Below, in pieces: positions 1-8,942 of a stretch of DNA of 32,696 nucleotides. Below the pieces are notes generated by a model. That model did not search any database. It was not told where the DNA came from and saw nothing but the letters and a program-made list of their open reading frames with translations. Numbering within the stretch: position 1 is the first letter of the stretch; each line of letters begins with the position of its first letter. Where the stretch lies: NCBI GenBank assembly GCA_050015875.1, contig JBEKAP010000002.1, positions 1 through 32,696 of the forward strand. Direction: 5' to 3'. The DNA comes from Candidatus Dormibacteria bacterium (GTDB lineage: Bacteria; Chloroflexota; Dormibacteria; Aeolococcales; Aeolococcaceae). Made by a program: the position numbers and the translations under genes.

Positions 1-212
1 TCCTCGCGTGCCTGGTGCACGGCCGTTATGACCTCGGCGTGGCTCACCGGTCGGTCCGCGCCAGGAACGGGGAGGGAGTCGAGCCAGTCTCTCAGGGTCT
101 TGAGCCGGAGGCGCTCGCGGATGGCCTCCTGGGTGATCGCGGAGACATTGAGGTGTTCGGCGCGCGCGGCGGCCGCGAGGTCGTCGGGCACGTACACGGT
201 CATCTTGCCCAT
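1..212 (-). CDS. Ribbon-helix-helix (CcdA/CopG-like) antitoxin-type protein, partial (3' end lies beyond the window edge)
   Basis: Reverse-strand translation from ATG 212 (alternative ATG 203) is stop-free to nt 1: MGKMTVYVPDDLAAAARAEHLNVSAITQEAIRERLRLKTLRDWLDSLPVPGADRPVSHAEVITAVHQARE... A short beta strand (TVYVP) followed by two helices with 'LNVSA' fits RHH antitoxin/CopG-type repressors. It is absent from the ORF track because it runs off the edge. The family call is pattern recognition, not a search. Confidence 0.5.
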   Translation of the reverse strand, partial: MGKMTVYVPDDLAAAARAEHLNVSAITQEAIRERLRLKTLRDWLDSLPVPGADRPVSHAEVITAVHQARE

Positions 213-220
213 GTGTGGAA

Positions 221-246
221 GTATCAGTATAAGTATATGTATATGT
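221..246. promoter_or_regulatory. AT-rich GTATNN hexamer tandem (about 4.3 copies); candidate operator/promoter in the divergent RHH / sucC intergenic region
   Basis: GTATCA GTATAA GTATAT GTATAT GT at 221-246, about 20% GC in a ~70% GC window. It lies 8 nt upstream of the RHH ATG (minus strand) and 75 nt upstream of the sucC GTG. The reverse strand contains -10-like TATACT/CATATA hexamers. No SD precedes the RHH start, so the transcript may have a short leader or none. Confidence 0.35.
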
Positions 247-320
247 CTACGCCGACGCAGATCAGCGGTGGCCGCCCGCCCGCGACCTGGTCCGCTCCCT
301 CATCCGTACACTCGATTGCC

Positions 321-1508
321 GTGAAGCTCCTCGAGTACCAGGCCAAGCGGCAATTCGCCCGGGTTGGCATCGCGGTGCCCGCGGGCCGGCTGGCCCGCAC
401 TCCGGAGGAGGCCGCTGCCGCCGCCCGTGAACTGGGGCGGGTGGCGGTCAAGGCTCAGGTGCCGATCGGCGGGCGGGGCAAGGCGGGAGGCATCGCCGTG
501 GTCTCCTCACCCGAGGAGGCGCACCGGGAGGCGGCCCGCATCCTCGCCATGGAGATCCGCGGATACCCGGTGCGATCGGTCTGGTGCGAGGCCGGCCTGG
601 AGATCGCCCACGAGCTGTACCTGGGCATCACCCTCGACCGCGACCGCCGCCGCCTGGCGCTGATCCTCTCCGCCGCCGGCGGGATGGAGATCGAGGAGGT
701 GGCGGCCACATCCCCGGAGAGGATCGCCAAGCTCTGGCCCGACCCCTTCGCCGGACCCCACCCCTTCCAGGTGCGCGAGCTGGCCTTCTCGGCGCTGGCC
801 CACGCGCCCGCGTTGACCGAGGCGCGCGGCCGCCTCGCCTCCGCGCTCGTTCCCCTCGCCCGGACCCTCTTCCATCTGGCGGTCGACCTCGACGCGGTCA
901 CCTGCGAGATCAATCCCCTCGCCCTCACCGCTGACGGGCGGCTGGTCGCAGCCGACGGCAAGCTGGAGGTCGACGAGAACGCCGAGTACCGCCACCCGGA
1001 GCTGGCCGCCGAGCTGGCCCTCGACCTCGAGGGCGATGACGGTCGCACCGGGGAGGACCCCTACGAGGCCGAGGCCAAGCGACGCGGTCTCACCTACGTC
1101 CATCTCCCCGGCGGCAACATCGGCTGCATCGGCAACGGGGCGGGGCTCGCCATGAACACCCTGGACCTGGTCCAGCAGGTGGGAGGCCGCCCCAACAACT
1201 TCCTGGACATCGGCGGCGGGGCCAACGCGGAGAAGGTGCGGACGTCTCTGGCCATGATCCTGAGCGACCCCGACGTCCGCGGCGTCTTCATCAACATCTT
1301 CGGCGGCATCACCCGCGGCGACGAGGTGGCCCGGGGCATCGTCCAGGCCCGCGACGAGCTGGGCATCACCCTGCCGCTCGTGGTTCGGATGACCGGCACC
1401 AACGAGGAGGAGGGTCGGCGCATCCTCTCCGCGGCCGGCATCGTTCCCGGGACCAGCGCGCCCGCGGCGGCCCGCAAGATCGTCGAGCTGGTGGGGGGAG
1501 CCGGATGA
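321..1508 (+). CDS. sucC: Succinyl-CoA synthetase (ADP-forming) beta subunit
   Basis: [22 protein letters not shown]... reproduces the canonical SucC N-terminus (M-x-L-x-EYQAK). The ATP-grasp and CoA-ligase regions are present ([31 protein letters not shown]). The track ORF starts at GTG 15, but residues before 321 are junk overlapping the reverse-strand RHH gene, so GTG 321 is chosen. Stop TGA 1506-1508. Confidence 0.9.
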   Translation: MKLLEYQAKRQFARVGIAVPAGRLARTPEEAAAAARELGRVAVKAQVPIGGRGKAGGIAVVSSPEEAHREAARILAMEIRGYPVRSVWCEAGLEIAHELYLGITLDRDRRRLALILSAAGGMEIEEVAATSPERIAKLWPDPFAGPHPFQVRELAFSALAHAPALTEARGRLASALVPLARTLFHLAVDLDAVTCEINPLALTADGRLVAADGKLEVDENAEYRHPELAAELALDLEGDDGRTGEDPYEAEAKRRGLTYVHLPGGNIGCIGNGAGLAMNTLDLVQQVGGRPNNFLDIGGGANAEKVRTSLAMILSDPDVRGVFINIFGGITRGDEVARGIVQARDELGITLPLVVRMTGTNEEEGRRILSAAGIVPGTSAPAAARKIVELVGGAG

Positions 1509-1548
1509 CCCTCGCCATGCCCGCCCTGCCGGTCGGGAGCGGCCACTG

Positions 1549-2424
1549 ATGGCGATCCTCATCGACAGCTCCACCCGGGTGCTGGTCCAGGGCATCACCG
1601 GCCGCGAGGGGAGCTTCCACACCCAGCAGATGCAGGCGTACGGGACCCGCGTCGTCGCCGGCGTCGTACCCGGTCGGGGTGGGGGTGAGAGCCTGGGCGT
1701 TCCCGTCTTCGACACCGTCGCCGATGCGGTCGCACGGACGGGGGCGGACACCGCCTTCACCATCGTGCCGCCCCCGTTTGCCGCCGACGCCGTGATGGAG
1801 GCGGCTGCGGCCGGCCTGCGCCTCGGGGTCTGTGTCACCGAGGGCATCCCGGTTCTCGACATGGTCCGGGCCACCGCCTTCGTCGCCGGCACGGCGATGC
1901 GCCTGATCGGTCCCAACTGCCCGGGGGTCATGACCCCGGGGCAGGCGAAGATCGGCTTCATCCCCAACCACGTCGGCCGTCCCGGTCGGGTCGGGGTGGT
2001 GGCGCGGAGCGGCACCCTCACCTACGAGGTCATCCAGGGTCTCTCCGAGTCCGGGTACGGTGAGACGACGGCGGTCGGGATCGGGGGTGACCCCGTGCTC
2101 GGCTCCACCTTCGTCGACATCCTCCCCCTCTTCGCGGGCGACCCCGCCACCGAGGCCGTGGTGCTGGTCGGAGAGATCGGGGGTTCCGACGAGGAGCGGG
2201 CCGCGGAGTGGATCCGCTCGTCCGGATTCGATCGGCCGGTGATCGCCTTCATCAGTGGGCGTACCGCCCCCGCGGGGAAGCGGATGGGCCACGCCGGGGC
2301 GATCATCAGCGGCACCACGGGGTCGGCCCAGGGCAAGATCGACGCCCTCTCCGCGGCGGGAGCCGCCATCGCCGAAACCATCGAGGACGTGGTCCGCCTG
2401 GTGGGGGAGAGGCTGACTCCCTAG
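1549..2424 (+). CDS. sucD: Succinyl-CoA synthetase alpha subunit
   Basis: [28 protein letters not shown]..., CoA-binding fold, phosphohistidine loop [10 protein letters not shown]. It starts 40 nt after sucC with GGGAG about 9 nt upstream of the ATG. Confidence 0.95.
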   Translation: MAILIDSSTRVLVQGITGREGSFHTQQMQAYGTRVVAGVVPGRGGGESLGVPVFDTVADAVARTGADTAFTIVPPPFAADAVMEAAAAGLRLGVCVTEGIPVLDMVRATAFVAGTAMRLIGPNCPGVMTPGQAKIGFIPNHVGRPGRVGVVARSGTLTYEVIQGLSESGYGETTAVGIGGDPVLGSTFVDILPLFAGDPATEAVVLVGEIGGSDEERAAEWIRSSGFDRPVIAFISGRTAPAGKRMGHAGAIISGTTGSAQGKIDALSAAGAAIAETIEDVVRLVGERLTP

Positions 2425-5183
2425 GACGTCGCGGCCCCCGCCTCGGCCCCGGGCTCGAGGCTCTTTGCCGGTGGGCGCTCGCCGGAGGTCCCAGGCGCGG
2501 CCTCGGACCCGGCCTCGCCCCGCGAACGGCCCCTCAGCTTCGCCTGGTACATCGCCGAGTCGGCGCTGCGCAGGATGTCGTCCGGACGCTCCTGGCCGGT
2601 GATGCTCAGCGCGGTGCCGACCGCCGCGCTGACGACCACCTCCTCACCGTCGATCTCATACGGCGAGCAGAGCCGCCGGGAGATGTCCGCAGCGATCGCA
2701 TCCACCGCCTCGGGCGCGTGAACGTCCTCCAGCAGCACCGCAAACTCGTCGCCTCCCAGACGGGCTGCGGTGTCGCTCTGGCGCAGCCGCTGACCGATCC
2801 TCCCCGCGACCTTGACGAGCAGCTGATCCCCGGCCAGGTGCCCCAGATTGTCGTTCACCTGCTTGAAACCGTCGAGGTCGAGGAAGAGCAGTGCGATCCG
2901 CGCCTCCGGATTGCGCCGGGAACGCGCCAGCGCCTGGGTGAGGCGGTCGAGGAAGAGGGTGCGGTTGGGCAGCCCGGTCAGAGCGTCGTGATGGGCACCG
3001 TAGCGCAGCTTCTCCTCCAGCTCGCGCTGGGCGGTCACATCGGTCAGCGAGCCCACCAGGCGGGTGGCGGAGCCGTCCGGCTCGCTGCGGATCGCGAGCG
3101 CCTGGCAGCGCATCCAGCGGTAGCTGCGGTCGGCCGCACGGAGGCGGTGCTCGCACTCCATCACCTCTCGCCTGCCCTCGACGCAGTCGCTCACCGCCCG
3201 GCGCAGCCGGGCCAGGTCGTCCCGATGCACCCGGCGGAACCACTCGTCCGGACTCGTTCCGATCTCGGATCCCTGGTGTCCGATCATCGTCTTCCACCGC
3301 TCCGAGTAGTAGACGCTCGCTGTGCCGAGGTCCCAGTCCCAGAGACCGTCGTTGGCGGCTCGGGCCGCCAGCGCGTAGCGCTCCTCGCTGCGCTGGATCT
3401 CCTCGACCAGATCGCGTTCGCGTTTGTAGGCCCGGGCGAGGTCCTCGGTCTGGGAGCGAAGCCACTCTGTCATCACCTCGCGCTCGACGGCGACGCTGAC
3501 CAGGGCGTTGTTCTCGAACTGCAGGTCCCGCCCGGTGACCTGGGTGACCTCGACCGGGGCGATCATGCCCATCACTCCCAGGTCCATGCCGTTGGTCCTC
3601 ACGGGAAGGATCATCGCGATGTCGCCGGCTCTCCACTCCACGCCCTCGAGGAAGCCTGCAGGAGGGAAGTCCTCGACTCGGACCTGGGCGGGGAACTCGC
3701 CGAGGGCCGGGCCCTCCCGCACGTAGGTGCCGGTGATGGTCAGCAGGTGCTGGCGCTCGCCCCCCTCTTCACGATCGGCGGACCAGAGGCCAAGGCAGCC
3801 GGCCCTGGCTGTGGTGTGGTCGAGCCAGCCGAGGGATCGGGGGTCACCCGAGCTGCCGCTCACCAGGGCCATGCTCAGCTGGTGCTCCCGGCGCATCTGC
3901 AGGTTGAGCACGGTGTTCGCCGTCGACTCGCGCTGCGCCAACGACCGGGACAGCTCCACCAGGATCTCGGTGATGCCCGCCTGGAGACGCCCCGATGCTT
4001 CCGCGGATCCGCTCGCCTCCGCGAGCTCCTCACCGTACCGGCGCAGGCAGTCCACGCTCGCCGTGATGGTGGTCCAGCGCGGACTGATCGAGAAGAGCGC
4101 CTGGGCCGCCTTGCGATGCTCGCACTCCGAGGCCTGCTCCTCAACCTTCTGGGGCTGCGCGCAGCGCTCGATCGCCTCCACCGCCACGTCGAGCGCCGCG
4201 GACTGCTCCGGGGGCAGAGGCTCCATCCCGCTGAGGAGCCGCTGGAGGCGGAAGCGGAGCCGCTCCTTCGGGGTCGTGAGGAGTGCGGGGCCTGGCTCAC
4301 CGAGCATCTCCAGCGCGGTCCCGATCGTGCAACCGCACGACTCCCGCGCCACGAACGATGTCGGCACCCGATGGATGCCGGCGGCCACCTCGCGCCCCGC
4401 CACCAGATCGAGGAGGAGGTCGGCGGCTCGGCGGCCGGTCCCGTTGAAGGTCTGACGCACCGTCGAGAGGGTGGGCCGGACCGACGACGCGGCCTCGACG
4501 TCGTCGAAACCCACGATCGCCTGGTCCCGGGGCAGATCCAGCCCCGCCTCGGAGAGTGCCTTCATGAGGCCCAGGGCGTTGTAGTCGGTCGCGGCGAAGA
4601 CGGCGGTGGACGGCATGCCGGCGGCCAGCATCGCCCGAGCCGCCTCCTCCCCACTCCCCTCCAGGTTGTCAGAGGTCTCGAAGACCAGGCGGTCGTCCGG
4701 CTCGATCCCGTGAGCGACGAGGGCCTCCCGGTAGGCCTCGTGGCGCTCCCGGGTGTCGGCCTGGAAGAGGCTGCCGGCGAAGGCGATGCGACGGTGGCCG
4801 TGCTCGACCAGATGGCCCACCGCCTGCAGGACGCCGACGCGGTTGTCGGCCTGCACCACCGGGCACGAGAAGCCCTCCACCTCCTCGCTGAGGAGGACGA
4901 CCGGCTTGCCGGCCTCGCGCAGGGCCTCAAGGTAGGAGCGGTCGACCGCGTTGACCACGACGATGAATCCGGCAACCCGGTCCCAGGCCGCCCGGAGCGT
5001 GTAGTGCGGCACCCGCGTCTCGAGGCTGCCCTGGGCCGGGTCGAGGGTCTGGACGGCGACCACCCGGCCGCCGGCGCCGGCGACCGCGTCCGAGATCGCA
5101 GAGAGCACCGCGCTCATGTAGCTGCCGGCGATGAGCGGCGAGAGGACTCCTATCCTGAGCTGCGGATCCCACCTCTCGGCCAC
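2421..5183 (-). CDS. Cytoplasmic diguanylate cyclase: LacI/PBP-type ligand-binding core (no HTH) + helical/GAF-like region + PAS + GGDEF
   Basis: Domain order read from the translation: LacI-type sugar-binding core ([14 protein letters not shown]...[21 protein letters not shown]), a GAF-like middle segment, PAS ([19 protein letters not shown]...), then GGDEF with an RxxD I-site (RQSD, 5 aa, GGDEF). The 1425-aa track ORF (to 6698) is an artefact because it runs antisense through the LCP gene. GTG 5183 is the preferred start: GGAGG sits 9 nt upstream, and third-position GC falls with rare codons (ATA, AGA, ACA) appearing upstream of it. ATG 5384 is the alternative. Confidence 0.85.
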   Translation of the reverse strand: MAERWDPQLRIGVLSPLIAGSYMSAVLSAISDAVAGAGGRVVAVQTLDPAQGSLETRVPHYTLRAAWDRVAGFIVVVNAVDRSYLEALREAGKPVVLLSEEVEGFSCPVVQADNRVGVLQAVGHLVEHGHRRIAFAGSLFQADTRERHEAYREALVAHGIEPDDRLVFETSDNLEGSGEEAARAMLAAGMPSTAVFAATDYNALGLMKALSEAGLDLPRDQAIVGFDDVEAASSVRPTLSTVRQTFNGTGRRAADLLLDLVAGREVAAGIHRVPTSFVARESCGCTIGTALEMLGEPGPALLTTPKERLRFRLQRLLSGMEPLPPEQSAALDVAVEAIERCAQPQKVEEQASECEHRKAAQALFSISPRWTTITASVDCLRRYGEELAEASGSAEASGRLQAGITEILVELSRSLAQRESTANTVLNLQMRREHQLSMALVSGSSGDPRSLGWLDHTTARAGCLGLWSADREEGGERQHLLTITGTYVREGPALGEFPAQVRVEDFPPAGFLEGVEWRAGDIAMILPVRTNGMDLGVMGMIAPVEVTQVTGRDLQFENNALVSVAVEREVMTEWLRSQTEDLARAYKRERDLVEEIQRSEERYALAARAANDGLWDWDLGTASVYYSERWKTMIGHQGSEIGTSPDEWFRRVHRDDLARLRRAVSDCVEGRREVMECEHRLRAADRSYRWMRCQALAIRSEPDGSATRLVGSLTDVTAQRELEEKLRYGAHHDALTGLPNRTLFLDRLTQALARSRRNPEARIALLFLDLDGFKQVNDNLGHLAGDQLLVKVAGRIGQRLRQSDTAARLGGDEFAVLLEDVHAPEAVDAIAADISRRLCSPYEIDGEEVVVSAAVGTALSITGQERPDDILRSADSAMYQAKLRGRSRGEAGSEAAPGTSGERPPAKSLEPGAEAGAATS

Positions 5184-5624
5184 CGGCCCATACCTCCACC
5201 GCTGCGCCGGCTGACCGCGTCGGCGGCCCGCTATCAACGCCAGCGGGTCGCAACCGCGGGCTGGCGGCCAGTGGAGGCGCAGCCTCGCCGGGATTCTGGC
5301 ACCTGTGTGGGGCGAAGTCGCGACCGCCGAAGACTTGTCATCATCCCGCCACAATCGCTCCCCCCGGTCCTGGGTACCTCGCATCGGCCCGGAGCACCCC
5401 CGGCGGGCCGGGGAGACGGCTGGGGTGAGTGACGCGTTTGCGGGGATGGAGCGCCGTACCTCCCCCAACTCAAGACGCCCACGTCCCGGTAGACCTGGAT
5501 TACCCTTGCCGGCGACCGAAGCCTCCCCCCGCCTGAGACGCTCCAGAAGAGGGACCTGATCGGTCGGGTTCGCGGTGGAGCGGGCTCCCACCCGCCTCGC
5601 GGCCCCCGACCGGGACACATCGAG

Positions 5625-7058
5625 ATGGCACCGAGAACGCGCTCCCGGCGCTCGCGGTATCGCATCCGCCCCCGCTGGATGACGACCCGACGCACGGCCA
5701 TCGCCGCCGTGGCCCTGGTGGCTGTCATCGGTGGCCTGTTCGGCTACCGAGTCCTCGACGGTCTGGCTGATGCCTTCCACACCAACGTGCCCTCCGTCAT
5801 CGGGAGCCTGATCCGCGGAAGGAGCGGCTCCACCATCGAGACCAACCAGGTCGCCAACGAGAAGCGGATCAACATCGCCCTCTACGGTTACGGCGGCGCC
5901 GGGCACGACGGGTCGTGGCTCACCGACTCGATCATGGTCGTCTCCATCCAGCCGCACGCGTCCGGTCCGGCGCAGGTCGCAGAGATCTCCATCCCGCGCG
6001 ACTGGTACGTCCCCATGTACAACGCCGCGGGGCACAAGGAGGACGAGGGCAGGATCAACCAGGCCTACAGCGACGGCATCCTCAACGGCGACGGCGGGGT
6101 TGCCGCGGGGCAGGAGGACGCCGGCGGCGCGATGGCGGATGCCGCTCTCTCCCATCTGCTCGGCATTCCCATCGATTACTTCGTGGGTCTCGACTTCACC
6201 GCCTTTCAGCAGGGAGTCGACGCGGTGGGGGGCATCGACATCGACGTCCCCGTCGGCTTCGTCGACCCCCAGTACCCCGCCTGCGCCGCGGACACCTGCC
6301 CGTACGAGACGATCAGCTTCAGGGCCGGCGAGCAGCACATGAATGGCGCAACCGCCCTCGAGTACGCGCGCTCGCGCCACGGTGACAACGGGCAGGGTAC
6401 CGACTTCGCCCGCAGTCAGCGGCAGCAGCAGATCCTGACCGCCATCAAGGCGAAGGTCCTCTCCATCGGCGGCATCGGTGACCTCCCCTCTCTCCTCGAG
6501 GCCCTGGGAGGCAACGTCGATACCAACATGTCGATCGACGACGTGGAGGCGATCTACAGCCTGGTGCAGGGGGTCAACTCCGCGTCCATCCTCCACATCG
6601 GTCTGGACGACACCAACTTCCTCTACGAGTGCAACGTCCCCACCTGTGCGGGGGACTACCTCTTTGCGCACGACAGCACCTATGCAACCATCGCCCATTT
6701 CATTCAGAGCGTCTTCCCCCCCCCGGCCTCCCTCGGCGAGGACCCGACTGTGGGCATCGAGGACGGTAGTGGCACGGGAGATGGGGCCTCCGCGCGGTGG
6801 GCCGGAATCTTCGGCGAGTTGGGCTGGTCGGCCCAGGACCTGGGCACGGTCCCGACCGTCGCTGGGACGGAGGTCATCGATCGGAGTGGCGGAACGGGCG
6901 CAGCGGCCGCCAAGTGGTTCGCGGCATACTTTGGTGTCGCCGTCACGACGGAACCGTCGCCCAGCCCGGGAGCGAGCGGCTCCGCAGACGGGGTGATCGT
7001 CGTCCTCGGGCAGGACGAGGAGCGCGCCTTCAACAACGATCCGGGATATGGGAGCTGA
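5625..7058 (+). CDS. LCP (LytR-CpsA-Psr) family cell-envelope phosphotransferase with C-terminal LytR_C-like domain
   Basis: Arg-rich N-terminus plus one TM (TAIAAVALVAVIGGLFGY). LCP core motifs are present: INIALYGYGG...DSIMVVSIQP...ISIPRDWYVPM...ALEYARSRH...DFARSQRQQQIL. The C-terminal GIEDGSGTGDGA...TEVIDRSGG resembles LytR_C. ATG 5679 is an alternative start. Confidence 0.85.
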   Translation: MAPRTRSRRSRYRIRPRWMTTRRTAIAAVALVAVIGGLFGYRVLDGLADAFHTNVPSVIGSLIRGRSGSTIETNQVANEKRINIALYGYGGAGHDGSWLTDSIMVVSIQPHASGPAQVAEISIPRDWYVPMYNAAGHKEDEGRINQAYSDGILNGDGGVAAGQEDAGGAMADAALSHLLGIPIDYFVGLDFTAFQQGVDAVGGIDIDVPVGFVDPQYPACAADTCPYETISFRAGEQHMNGATALEYARSRHGDNGQGTDFARSQRQQQILTAIKAKVLSIGGIGDLPSLLEALGGNVDTNMSIDDVEAIYSLVQGVNSASILHIGLDDTNFLYECNVPTCAGDYLFAHDSTYATIAHFIQSVFPPPASLGEDPTVGIEDGSGTGDGASARWAGIFGELGWSAQDLGTVPTVAGTEVIDRSGGTGAAAAKWFAAYFGVAVTTEPSPSPGASGSADGVIVVLGQDEERAFNNDPGYGS

Positions 7059-7060
7059 CC

Positions 7061-8095
7061 TTGCGTATCGGCATCCTCACCGGGGGCGGTGACGCTCCCG
7101 GGCTCAACGCGGCGATCCGCGGGGTGGGGCGTCGTGCCCTCGCCCACGGTGATACTGTCATTGGTGTCAAGAACGGTTGGGCCGGCCTGATCGGCGATGG
7201 CGACTTCATGGAGCTGGACCGCCGCCTCTTCTCGGGCATCCTCCAGCTGGGGGGCACCGTGCTGGGAAGCTCCCGGACCAACCCCATGAAGCGCGAGGGC
7301 GGCCGCGAGGAGGTCCTTCGCAACCTCGGTCGAGCCGAGCTGGATGCCCTGGTCGCCATCGGCGGCGATGACACCCTCTCGGTGGCGGCGTGGCTCGCCG
7401 ATCATGGCGGGCCGGTGGTCGGCGTTCCCAAGACCATGGACAACGACCTCTCGGTCACCGACTACTGCATCGGCTTCGACACGGCGGTGAGCCGGGTGGC
7501 CGAGGCGCTCGATCGGCTGCACACCACGGCCGCCTCCCACCACCGGGTCATGGTCGTCGAGGTGATGGGGCGGGACACCGGATGGGTGGCCCTGATGGGA
7601 GGTCTGGCCGGCGGCGCGGACCTGATCCTCATCCCTGAGATCACCGTCAGTCTCGACGAGATCATCGACCGCCTTCAGAAGCGCCTCCAGAGCGGGCACG
7701 ACTTCAGCATCATCGTGGTCGCTGAGGGAGTGCAGGTGACCGGCGTCACCGACCAGCAGGCGGCTGACGGCAAGGTCGACGCCTTCGGGCACGCGCAGCT
7801 GAGCAAGCGGGGCGTCGCGGAGACGCTGGCCGAGGTCATCGAGGAGCGCCTCGGGCACGAGACCCGGACCACCGTGCTGGGCCACACCCAGCGAGGCGGG
7901 ACCCCGTCGGCCTACGACCGCATCTGGGCCACCCGGGTGGGCGTCGCCGCCTACGACCTGGTCCTGGCCAAGAGCTGGGGCATGATGCCCGTGGTGCGCA
8001 ACGGGACCGTCGAGACGGCCCCGATCGGCGATGTCGCCCGGCAGCAGCGCCGCGTGCCGGCCGAGCTGTACGAGCTGGCCAAGATCTTCTACTGA
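7061..8095 (+). CDS. pfkA: 6-phosphofructokinase (actinobacterial type; Asp104/Lys124 suggests a PPi-dependent enzyme)
   Basis: TTG 7061 gives (M)RIGILTGGGDAPGLNAAIRGV..., colinear with the mycobacterial PfkA N-terminus MRIGVLTGGGD. GGGAG at 7050-7054 sits inside the last LCP codons. Motifs IGGDDT, VPKTMDNDL, MGRDTGW and GHTQRGG are present. The track ORF start (6797) is a spurious extension overlapping LCP. Confidence 0.9.
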   Translation: MRIGILTGGGDAPGLNAAIRGVGRRALAHGDTVIGVKNGWAGLIGDGDFMELDRRLFSGILQLGGTVLGSSRTNPMKREGGREEVLRNLGRAELDALVAIGGDDTLSVAAWLADHGGPVVGVPKTMDNDLSVTDYCIGFDTAVSRVAEALDRLHTTAASHHRVMVVEVMGRDTGWVALMGGLAGGADLILIPEITVSLDEIIDRLQKRLQSGHDFSIIVVAEGVQVTGVTDQQAADGKVDAFGHAQLSKRGVAETLAEVIEERLGHETRTTVLGHTQRGGTPSAYDRIWATRVGVAAYDLVLAKSWGMMPVVRNGTVETAPIGDVARQQRRVPAELYELAKIFY

Positions 8096-8096
8096 G

Positions 8097-8145
8097 CCTA
8101 CGGAGCGAGGAGGAAGAGCCGCAAGGCTCTTCCTCCTCGCGTAGG
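8097..8145 (+). terminator. Intrinsic-terminator-like hairpin after pfk (no U-tract)
   Basis: cctacg-gag-CGAGGAGGAAGAGCC-gcaa-GGCTCTTCCTCCTCG-cgtagg: a perfect 15-bp stem (8106-8120 / 8125-8139) with a GCAA loop, extended by 6 outer base pairs. It begins 2 nt after the pfk stop. Confidence 0.6.
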
Positions 8146-8358
8146 AGCGCCTCGTAACTCGTGCCGAGACGGCGGAGGAGCGGGGGCCCAGCGGCTTCCC
8201 GCCCGCCCTCCGGCGGCAGGCCGGCACTGCGCACGCGATGAGCGATCCGTCGTGGGCGCCTCCGCCTGGGTTGACGCGTCCGTGGCTGGAAGCCGTAGGC
8301 TTTCGCGCCGAGCGGACGATGCCTCCGCGCCCTACCGACCGCCACGGGTGATCACATC

Positions 8359-8808
8359 ATGAAATTCGAGCACAAGCCTCATGCGCGCACGCTGGCCATC
8401 CTCGAACACCGCGTTCACCCGACCAGAACCCACGACCAGCTGCCGAGCGGCAACCTCTACTCCCGGGTCAACAGCTGGCTGGCGGTGAAGATCACCCAGG
8501 GCGTGGGCAGCATGACCTGCGCCTGGCTCTTCTGCATCCTCGCTCTCATCGGCCTGCCTGCCGCGCTCGCCAAGGGCGGCGAGGGACCGGTGGCCTGGAT
8601 CGCGCAGACGTTCCTCCAGCTCGTCCTCCTCTCCATCATCATCGTCGGCACCAACATCCAGTCGGCGGCGAGCGACAGGCGGGCCCAGGACACCTACTCG
8701 GACGCCGAGGCGGTGCTTCACGAGGCGATGCAGATCCAGGCTCACCTGGAGGAGCAGGACAAGGCCCTCACCGCCCTGGTGGCGAAGCTCGGCGCCTCGG
8801 TCGACTAG
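8359..8808 (+). CDS. Small membrane protein with two TM helices and a C-terminal coiled-coil (DUF1003-like / low-affinity-permease-like topology)
   Basis: High GC3 in this frame. TM1 is CAWLFCILALIGLPAAL and TM2 is FLQLVLLSIIIVGTNI, followed by QSAASDRRAQDTYSDAEAVLHEAMQIQAHLEEQDKAL. The family name is a recollection-based guess. No clear SD precedes ATG 8359. Confidence 0.55.
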   Translation: MKFEHKPHARTLAILEHRVHPTRTHDQLPSGNLYSRVNSWLAVKITQGVGSMTCAWLFCILALIGLPAALAKGGEGPVAWIAQTFLQLVLLSIIIVGTNIQSAASDRRAQDTYSDAEAVLHEAMQIQAHLEEQDKALTALVAKLGASVD

Positions 8809-8942
8809 CGCCTCGTCGGCGCACCGGCAGGTCGCCGGGGCCCGCGACGTCCCGCAAAGGAACGGCTCGGGCCCCGCTTCCACCCACCGCCCTGTCCGAA
8901 ATCCGCGAGCGGACAGCGTGCCCATGCCCGCACCATGGAGCC

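Noticed and set aside
15-320. N-terminal extension of the sucC ORF from GTG 15
   Set aside because: The conserved SucC N-terminus begins exactly at GTG 321. The extension is Arg/Gly-rich, overlaps the reverse-strand RHH gene and crosses the AT-rich promoter-like tract.
2208-5432. 1074-aa forward ORF covering the diguanylate cyclase locus
   Set aside because: It is the antisense shadow of the well-supported reverse-strand PBP/PAS/GGDEF gene. The translation is Arg/Gly/Pro/Leu-rich with no recognisable motif. Long stop-free antisense frames are expected at ~70% GC.
5350-5535. C-rich runs reminiscent of the actinobacterial 6C small RNA
   Set aside because: The C-runs are 65-100 nt apart and do not sit in the loops of two adjacent hairpins as that motif requires. 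No convincing fold was found by eye.
5385-6698. Upstream two-fifths of the 1425-aa reverse ORF (2421..6698)
   Set aside because: It runs antisense through the clearly homologous LCP gene (5625..7058 +). It has no domain content and poor third-position GC. The real cyclase gene starts at 5183 (or 5384).
6704-8227. 507-aa reverse ORF opposite the LCP 3' end and pfk
   Set aside because: It is an antisense shadow. The forward frames carry unambiguous LCP and PFK motifs.
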